From positions 1,920,001-1,984,000 of the forward strand of contig OY762825.2 in assembly GCA_963666425.2 (NCBI GenBank): a stretch of 64,000 bases of DNA. The letters are read 5' to 3'. Position 1 is the first letter of the stretch. The number at the start of each line of letters is the position of its first letter. Both the position numbers and the translations under genes were made by a program. Below are positions 57,525-64,000 of this stretch, piece by piece. Origin of the DNA: Bacillota bacterium (GTDB lineage: Bacteria; Bacillota; JAAYKD01). Below the pieces are notes generated by a model, which made no database searches, was not told the DNA's origin, and was given only the letters and a program-made list of their open reading frames with translations.

Positions 57525-58703
57525 TTAATTTTCTACCACAAACCCGTTTTCAATGGTAATGCTGCACTGATATTTCGGTGATACATCGCTGACCGACTGG
57601 GTTACGCGGATCAGCAGATTTTTTTTGTCTTTCTCGTTATAGGAATGCGGTACCACCAGGTCAAAAATCAGCTTGATCGAATGATCCTCATTCACGGCTC
57701 GGAAATCATGAATGGCAGTTTTGGGATCAAGCTCGAGCAGGATCTTCTCAATCATATTTTTGCTGTTCAAAACCCTCTTATCATTAATTTCAATCGGATC
57801 CATGTGAATGACCAGAAAAATCCCCATATCTTTGGAGAAATCACGCTCGATTTTATCGATGGTTTCATGGACTACTTCCACACTGGAATCATTGGGTACT
57901 TCCGCATGAATGGTGGCCATGATATTGGAGGGACCATAATTGTGCACGATCAAGTCATGGCAGCCCAAGATGCCGTCATAACTCTCGACCTTCTTTGTGA
58001 TATTGTCATAGACTTCCTTATCGATCGCCTCTCCTAAAAGCGGCATCAGGGTATCTTTGGCGATATTATAACCGGAGATCAGAACAACAACAGAGACCGC
58101 CAAACCGGTCCAGCCATCAATCGGATAGCCGGTCAGCTTTTCAATCAGGACGGACAGGATGGTCGCAGAGGTGACAAAAACATCGTTGCGTGCGTCGGCC
58201 GAAGTGGCTTTTAAAATCACGGAATTGATGCGGTGGCCAAAGAGATAGTAAAAGCGGGACAGCCAAATTTTCACCAGCACGGATGCAGTCAAAATGCTGA
58301 TAAACAGCCAGCTGAAACCGATTTTTTGGGGGTTGAGGATCTTTGTGACGGAACTGACGAGCAAACTGAAACCGATATAAAGGATCAGGAAAGAAACGAT
58401 CAAAGCAGCAATGTATTCAAACCTGCCGTGACCGAAGGGATGTTCTTTATCCGCTGTTTTTTCCGCCAATTTCACGCCAACCAAACTGATGACGGAAGAA
58501 GCGGCATCCGATAAATTATTGAAACCGTCTGCCATGATGGAGATACTGTTGATACTAAGACCGATGGCCAATTTGGCCATGAACAGCAAGGCATTACAAA
58601 AGATGCCCACGATACTGGCCAGTATGCCATAGGCGGTACGGACTTTAACACTATTGGTGTTTTCATAATCCGGAATGAATTGTCTTAATAAGATTTGAGT
58701 CAT
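57525..58703 (-). CDS. Cation diffusion facilitator (CDF) transporter
   Basis: ADGFNNLSD, DKEHPFGHGRFEY, DARND, HDLIVHNYGP, IHMDP. Confidence 0.94.
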   Translation of the reverse strand: MTQILLRQFIPDYENTNSVKVRTAYGILASIVGIFCNALLFMAKLAIGLSINSISIMADGFNNLSDAASSVISLVGVKLAEKTADKEHPFGHGRFEYIAALIVSFLILYIGFSLLVSSVTKILNPQKIGFSWLFISILTASVLVKIWLSRFYYLFGHRINSVILKATSADARNDVFVTSATILSVLIEKLTGYPIDGWTGLAVSVVVLISGYNIAKDTLMPLLGEAIDKEVYDNITKKVESYDGILGCHDLIVHNYGPSNIMATIHAEVPNDSSVEVVHETIDKIERDFSKDMGIFLVIHMDPIEINDKRVLNSKNMIEKILLELDPKTAIHDFRAVNEDHSIKLIFDLVVPHSYNEKDKKNLLIRVTQSVSDVSPKYQCSITIENGFVVEN

Positions 58704-58745
58704 ACGATCGCTCCCTGAAACCACTATTTCTCATCTCCACAGACA

Positions 58746-58788
58746 TAAAAAACACCTGTGGAACATGCTACTGTCCCACAGATGTTTA
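58746..58788 (-). terminator. Riboswitch expression-platform terminator
   Basis: Minus strand AAACATCTGTGGGACA...TGTTCCACAGGTGTTTTTT, overlapping the aptamer 3' strand. Confidence 0.8.
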
Positions 58789-58871
58789 AATCCATCCGTT
58801 GTCGAATCAACGACCCAGCCCCATCAATCAAATTGAAAGATTTGATTCATCGCCTGCTCAGATTGTACTGT
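58769..58871 (-). ncRNA. NiCo (czcD) riboswitch
   Basis: Minus strand ACAGTACAATCTGAGCAGGCGATG...ATGGGGCTGGGTCG...GACAACGGATG...CATCTGTGGGACAGT resembles the NiCo consensus; located 5' of a CDF gene. Confidence 0.88.
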
Positions 58872-58901
58872 AGATTGCATGCAGTGCAAAGAGATAAATT
58901 A

Positions 58902-58930
58902 ATTATATCTTATAATGATCAACGTGTCAA
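58902..58930 (-). promoter_or_regulatory. Consensus sigma-A promoter for the riboswitch-CDF transcript
   Basis: TTGACA (58930-58925)-N17-TATAAT (58907-58902). Confidence 0.85.
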
Positions 58931-59154
58931 GCCTGATGCGATGAATTCAGAAGGAATAATTCAGCTCGGAAAAGGCAGCAGCTTGGGCAGAGCAGCACCT
59001 ATTTTTGGATTTTATTGACAATCATCGCATCTTATTATACTATGGAGCTGCAGCGGAGAGAGACAGAGAAGAGAAAATGATTTTTTCTTCTGAGGCAGCG
59101 TTTTTCTAATCCGGCAGCCCGAATTAAGCAATGAAAGACAAAAGAGGTGCAGGA

Positions 59155-60108
59155 ATGAATACACTACACTTTAAATATGCGGTTGAGGTGGAGAAAACAG
59201 GGTCCATCTCACAGGCTGCCAAGAATTTATTCATGGCGCAACCGAACTTAAGCAAAGCCATTAAGGAGCTGGAGGATACGCTGGCGATCCCCATTTTTGA
59301 ACGTACTTCCAAAGGTGTTATCCCGACCGCGCAGGGGAAAGAATTCTTGGGATACGCCAAAAAGATTCTTCTGCAGCTGGATAAAATGGAATCGCTTTAT
59401 GTTCCCGAAGTAAACCGGGCAGCCCGGCAGGAACTGAAGCTTTCGATTCCACGCGGAAGTTACATTTCCGTCGGCTTTGCCAACTTTGTCGCAGAACTGA
59501 ACATGACAAAAGCAATTGAGCTGACCATTCAGGAAACCAATTCTTTGCAGACCATTCTGAATGTGGCAGACAACGGTTTCCATCTGGGAATCATTCGCTA
59601 TCAGACACTGTATGAGAATTATTTTCTTGATTATCTGCAAAAGAACGAGCTGGCCAGCGAGTTGATTTGGCAGTTTTCCTGTTTGGTCTTGCTGCCGCGC
59701 CAACATTCACAGGCAAGCTGTGCGGAAATTGATTTTCAAACTTTGCAGAGCAGTTCCATCGAGATTGTGCATGGTGATAATGTCGTGCCGTATTTGCCGA
59801 CACCGGAAATCAAGCAATTGGCCGTGGAAGCAGCCGACAACAATGCCAAGCGGGTCTATGTTTATGAGCGCGGCAGCCAGATGGAACTCCTGGCGCGCAT
59901 TCCGCAGACCTTTATGTGGGTCTCTCCTTTACCGCAGGATTTGTTGGATCGCTTTGGTTTAGTCCAGCGCAGCTGCCAAATCAGCAATAATTCATTTAAG
60001 GATGTCTTAATTTATCGCCGCGGCTATCAACGCTCGGCGGCAGAACAGTTGTTTTTGGATAAATTATACGAAGTCAAACAAGAAGTGGCAGGCAAAGAAT
60101 TTCATTAA
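59155..60108 (+). CDS. LysR family transcriptional regulator
   Basis: GSISQAAKNLFMAQPNLSKAIKELE..IFERT. Confidence 0.93.
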   Translation: MNTLHFKYAVEVEKTGSISQAAKNLFMAQPNLSKAIKELEDTLAIPIFERTSKGVIPTAQGKEFLGYAKKILLQLDKMESLYVPEVNRAARQELKLSIPRGSYISVGFANFVAELNMTKAIELTIQETNSLQTILNVADNGFHLGIIRYQTLYENYFLDYLQKNELASELIWQFSCLVLLPRQHSQASCAEIDFQTLQSSSIEIVHGDNVVPYLPTPEIKQLAVEAADNNAKRVYVYERGSQMELLARIPQTFMWVSPLPQDLLDRFGLVQRSCQISNNSFKDVLIYRRGYQRSAAEQLFLDKLYEVKQEVAGKEFH

Positions 60109-60157
60109 GCGAATTTTCTATAGTGCCGCCTACTTTTTGGCCGCCGCATAGGCATAC

Positions 60158-60187
60158 CCATTATCGATATAGATATATCGATAATGG
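60158..60187. promoter_or_regulatory. 14-bp perfect inverted repeat, putative regulator binding site
   Basis: CCATTATCGATATA-GA-TATATCGATAATGG upstream of the ADH gene. Confidence 0.6.
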
Positions 60188-60300
60188 AATATCTTTATGC
60201 GGCATTTATATTTCCCCTGCCAGATGATTTGTGTTATGCTTTCAGCAGTCAGAGACGAAGACAAACGAACCGTCAAGCAGGAAAAGGGGAGGCTATTATA

Positions 60301-61518
60301 ATGGCAAGATTCACATTACCGCGGGATATATATCATGGCAAAGGAGCATTAGAGGCTCTGAAATCATTTCAAGGTCAACGGGCAATTGTCTGTGTTGGCG
60401 GCGGCGCCATGAAGCGCTTTGGCTTTTTGGACCGTGCGGTCGGTTATTTGAAAGAAGCCGGCATGCAGGTTGAAATATTGGATGGCATCGAACCCGATCC
60501 TTCCGTAGAAACCGTAATGCAAGGCGCCGAAGTCATGCTGAAATTCCAACCGGATTGGATTATCGCCATGGGCGGCGGCTCGCCGATTGACGCTGCCAAA
60601 GCCATGTGGATTAAATATGAATACCCGGACATCACTTTCCCGGAAATGTGCAAAGTCTTTGGTCTGCCGACCCTGCGTAAGAAAGCGCATTTCTGCGCCA
60701 TTTCCTCTACGTCCGGCACAGCCACCGAAGTAACGGCATTTTCCATCATCACCGACTACAGCAAAGGCATCAAATATCCCATCGCCGATTTTGAAATCAC
60801 ACCGGATGTGGCGATTGTGGATCCGGATCTCGCCGAAACCATGCCGCAAAAATTAGTGGCCCACACCGGCATGGACGCCATGACGCATGCGATTGAAGCG
60901 TATGTCTCAACCGCCAACTGCGATTTCACCGATCCGCTGGCACTGCATGCCATGCGCATGATTCAAAACGATTTGGTGAAATCATATCAGGGTGATATGT
61001 CAAGCCGCGATAAAATCCATAACGCGCAGTGCCTGGCCGGCATGGCGTTCTCCAATGCGTTGCTGGGCATCGTGCACTCCATGGCGCATAAGACCGGCGC
61101 TGCCTTTGCCGATTGTGGCGCTCATATTATCCATGGTGCTGCCAATGCCATGTATTTACCGAAAGTGATTGCTTTCAATGCCAAGAATGCAACGGCTGCT
61201 CAGCGCTATGCTGAGATTGCCGATTTCCTGGGCCTTGGCGGTGAGACGGCAGAGCAAAAAGTTCAGCTCCTGATTGCGTTTTTGCGTCAGATGAACCGCG
61301 ATCTGAAGATTCCGCTCTGCATTCAAAATTATGGTCCGGACGGTTTGCCCTGCGAGAACGGTTTTGTGCCCGAAGCGGTCTTCTTAGAACGGCTGCCTGA
61401 GATTGCGGTCAATGCGCTGGGCGATGCCTGCACAGGTTCCAATCCGCGCCAGCCTTCCGTGCAGGAGATGGAAAGATTGCTGAAGTGCTGCTATTACGAT
61501 ACCGAAGTGGATTTCTAA
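60301..61518 (+). CDS. Iron-containing alcohol dehydrogenase (butanol dehydrogenase-like)
   Basis: MARFTLPRD, GGGSPID, STSGTATEVT, DAMTHAIE, HSMAH, HG. Confidence 0.93.
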   Translation: MARFTLPRDIYHGKGALEALKSFQGQRAIVCVGGGAMKRFGFLDRAVGYLKEAGMQVEILDGIEPDPSVETVMQGAEVMLKFQPDWIIAMGGGSPIDAAKAMWIKYEYPDITFPEMCKVFGLPTLRKKAHFCAISSTSGTATEVTAFSIITDYSKGIKYPIADFEITPDVAIVDPDLAETMPQKLVAHTGMDAMTHAIEAYVSTANCDFTDPLALHAMRMIQNDLVKSYQGDMSSRDKIHNAQCLAGMAFSNALLGIVHSMAHKTGAAFADCGAHIIHGAANAMYLPKVIAFNAKNATAAQRYAEIADFLGLGGETAEQKVQLLIAFLRQMNRDLKIPLCIQNYGPDGLPCENGFVPEAVFLERLPEIAVNALGDACTGSNPRQPSVQEMERLLKCCYYDTEVDF

Positions 61519-61591
61519 AAAAATCGATCAAAAAAGACTGTTGCCCGCGTGGCAGCAGTCTTTTTTTAAAAGCAAACGGTGCACTGGACGC

Positions 61592-62593
61592 TCATTCAAG
61601 GGCTTCGCTGTGTTCCTGCGGCGGCAAATGCAGGACATAAACCGTGGTAGCGGCAGTTGGAACGCTGTTTGTGAACGGTTCAAAAAGAGTAAAATCCTCT
61701 GGCCTGACCGAAAAAGCCAGGTGATTGATCCCGAGACGATGCGCTCGTCCGATCACGGCGGCGATCAAGCCGGCAGTCAGCCGTTTCCCCCAAAGATGGA
61801 CAGCGGCGGTATCATAAAGTCCGGTGCGGTCGCGCAAAACGCACAGGGATTTCTCATTGCCTTCCTGCAGGATAAAGCTCATTTCCCTGGGACGCAAATT
61901 GAAATCAATGGCATACTCGCCCGGTTCTTCCTCATCGGAGAGCAGCTGCAGCAGTTGGGTTTGAGAAACAATGCGGCCGGAGAGCGGATTTTGCGCAAAA
62001 AGCGCGCTGTCGGTTTGGGTTTGCCAGAGTCTGCGCAGTGAAACCGTGCGGACCCGCAGCGGCGAAGCCTGTGGACGCTGCGTACTGACATTGATTTGGT
62101 AATATTCCATTTCTTTTTGCATGGAGAATTTCTCATAAAAGGCGGCGGCAGCCGGATCATAGGTGGTGAGCGTTGCGCAGCCGATTTGTCCCAGCAATTC
62201 CAGCGCATCCTGCATCATCAGCGTGCCGACACCCTGCCCTCTGTAATCCGCATGGATGTACATGACGGAAAGATTGGCATTGTAACCGTAGAGCGGGTCG
62301 TCGCCAAGAATCAGTTCCAGTTCCCCAACGATTTTACCGTTCAGTTCCGCAACCAGCGGGATATGTCCCTGCAGCAAAAGCCGGTTGAGATGGATGGCGC
62401 AGAGTTCGGGGCTCATCCAGGCGCCGCCGTGTTCCCAGCGGTCCAGGAGACTGCAGTCACGCCATTCGGCTTCGACGCGCGGCTGGCTGCCGTCTGCTTC
62501 GGTCAGGCGGCGATGCCAGACTTTTACATCGCTGCGGTGAACTTCGTGAATCCCTTGCGTATCCGCCAGGGTGGCGAAGCGAATCAATAACAT
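61592..62593 (-). CDS. GNAT family acetyltransferase with C-terminal extension
   Basis: YRGQGVGT acetyl-CoA motif, AFYEKF. Confidence 0.75.
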   Translation of the reverse strand: MLLIRFATLADTQGIHEVHRSDVKVWHRRLTEADGSQPRVEAEWRDCSLLDRWEHGGAWMSPELCAIHLNRLLLQGHIPLVAELNGKIVGELELILGDDPLYGYNANLSVMYIHADYRGQGVGTLMMQDALELLGQIGCATLTTYDPAAAAFYEKFSMQKEMEYYQINVSTQRPQASPLRVRTVSLRRLWQTQTDSALFAQNPLSGRIVSQTQLLQLLSDEEEPGEYAIDFNLRPREMSFILQEGNEKSLCVLRDRTGLYDTAAVHLWGKRLTAGLIAAVIGRAHRLGINHLAFSVRPEDFTLFEPFTNSVPTAATTVYVLHLPPQEHSEALE

Positions 62594-62681
62594 TGAAAAT
62601 CCCTCCCATTTCAAAAGTGTTTGTGCTATAATAACCATAAAGCATCAGCCTGACGATCGGGCTGCCAAGGGAGATGAAGCG

Positions 62682-63398
62682 GTGTCTGCTTTCTTATTGC
62701 CGGCCGACTGGCAGGCGCAGCTGACTCAGGTGATCCATACGCCGGAGTATCGAGAAATGCTGCTGCACTTGCAGCAGGAGTATCAGCAGAGAGTCGTTTA
62801 TCCCCCGGCGGAGCAGGTGTTTCGAGTCTTTCAAGCGGTTCCTTTTGCGCAAGTCCGGGTCGTGATTCTGGGGCAGGATCCTTATATCCATTTCGGCGAA
62901 GCAGAGGGTTTCGCCTTCTCCGTTGCGAAAAATAGAAAAATTCCTTCCAGTTTGCGCAACATCCAGCGGGCGTTGACGGCAGACTTAGGGCTGGCCATGC
63001 CGCCGCACGGCCATCTGGCGGCCTGGCTACCTCAAGGAGTTTTTTTGTTGAATACAATCCTGACGGTAGCCGGTCCCAGTTTGGATGCAGTCCGGCAGGG
63101 TGCGGCCGCCACGGCAACCGCCGGCAGTCATCGCGGCCTCGGTTGGGAAAGTTTCACCGATGCGGTGATTCAAAGCCTCAGCCAAAGACAACAGCCGTTG
63201 GTTTTTATGCTCTGGGGCAAAGAAGCGCAGACCAAGCGGGCGTTGATCGATACCGATCGCCATTGCGTACTGGAAGCCGTGCATCCCAGCGGTTTATCCG
63301 CCTGGCGGGGTTTTCTCAGCTGCCGTCATTTTTCGCAGGCGAATCTGTTTTTAGAAAAGAATGGCCTGCCGCCGGTTGATTGGAATTTACCAGCCTAA
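62682..63398 (+). CDS. ung: Uracil-DNA glycosylase, family 1
   Basis: VVILGQDPY, SLRNI, QGVFLLN, VFMLWG, HPS, HFSQAN. Confidence 0.93.
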   Translation: MSAFLLPADWQAQLTQVIHTPEYREMLLHLQQEYQQRVVYPPAEQVFRVFQAVPFAQVRVVILGQDPYIHFGEAEGFAFSVAKNRKIPSSLRNIQRALTADLGLAMPPHGHLAAWLPQGVFLLNTILTVAGPSLDAVRQGAAATATAGSHRGLGWESFTDAVIQSLSQRQQPLVFMLWGKEAQTKRALIDTDRHCVLEAVHPSGLSAWRGFLSCRHFSQANLFLEKNGLPPVDWNLPA

Positions 63399-63416
63399 GG
63401 AAGGGGAAAGAGACAG

Positions 63417-63977
63417 ATGGCAAAATTATATTTCCGTTATGGTACCATGGGCAGCAGCAAATCCGCGCAAGCCTTAATGGTGGAGTTCAACTATCGCGAG
63501 CGAGGTTATCAGGTGCTGCTGGTCAAGCCTTCCCTGGACACACGGGAGGAGAATGCCGTAATCCGCTCCCGGGTTGGTCTGGAAGCACCCTGCAAATTAC
63601 TCAACCGGGAACAAACCTTCGCCGAATTGCTGCAGGCGGAACATCAGGTGATCATTGTTGACGAAGCCCAGTTTTTAACCGGCCAGCAAGTGGAAGAACT
63701 GAAAAACATCACGGTCGATCGCGATATGCCTGTCTTATGCTACGGCTTGCGCACGGATTTTCGCACGCGGCTATTTGAAGGCAGCGAGCGCTTAATGGAA
63801 TTGGCGGAGAGTGTGGTAGAGATCAAATCCATCTGTCACTGCGGCGCCAAAGCAACCATCAACGCGCGCTATAACGAACACGGCATCGTCTACGAAGGCG
63901 CACAAATTGAAATTGGCGGCAACGAACGCTACACGCCGCTTTGTTATAAATGCTGGCGCGAAGGCAAGCTGACCTAG
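63417..63977 (+). CDS. tdk: Thymidine kinase
   Basis: YGTMGSSKS, VDEAQF, YGLRTDF, Zn-binding Cys. Confidence 0.96.
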   Translation: MAKLYFRYGTMGSSKSAQALMVEFNYRERGYQVLLVKPSLDTREENAVIRSRVGLEAPCKLLNREQTFAELLQAEHQVIIVDEAQFLTGQQVEELKNITVDRDMPVLCYGLRTDFRTRLFEGSERLMELAESVVEIKSICHCGAKATINARYNEHGIVYEGAQIEIGGNERYTPLCYKCWREGKLT

Positions 63978-64000
63978 ACATACCTTGCAGACCTGGTGCG

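Overview
Chromosomal window from an anaerobic Bacillota (Clostridia/Negativicutes-like) genome, mostly housekeeping and metabolic genes (addAB, udk, glycerate kinase, birA, ung, tdk, iron-containing ADH, ABC exporters, an AlgI/AlgJ-like O-acetylation pair, tRNA-Asp) with several accessory modules. Features missing from the ORF track are a six-cysteine SCIFF ranthipeptide gene (40687..40833), a NiCo (czcD) riboswitch upstream of a CDF exporter, tRNA-Asp(GTC), a partial lipoprotein gene at the left edge, and a YitT gene broken by two in-frame TGA codons. Two apparently identical 1821-bp IS1182-family elements in direct orientation bracket sigI/rsgI and scfA/scfB. The strongest candidates for undescribed biology are: (1) two toxin-less Phd/YefM-like paralogues with repeated operator-like sites directly upstream of a sortase-anchored DUF3494 ice-binding-type adhesin and its class D sortase; (2) a GlmL/MutL-type actin-fold ATPase operon with two unknown partners and no B12 mutase nearby; (3) a PadR-controlled, divergent EF-Ts outside the rpsB-tsf-pyrH locus; (4) IS ends that form or target a terminator hairpin between convergent genes. 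All family calls come from motif recognition by eye; no database searches were run.
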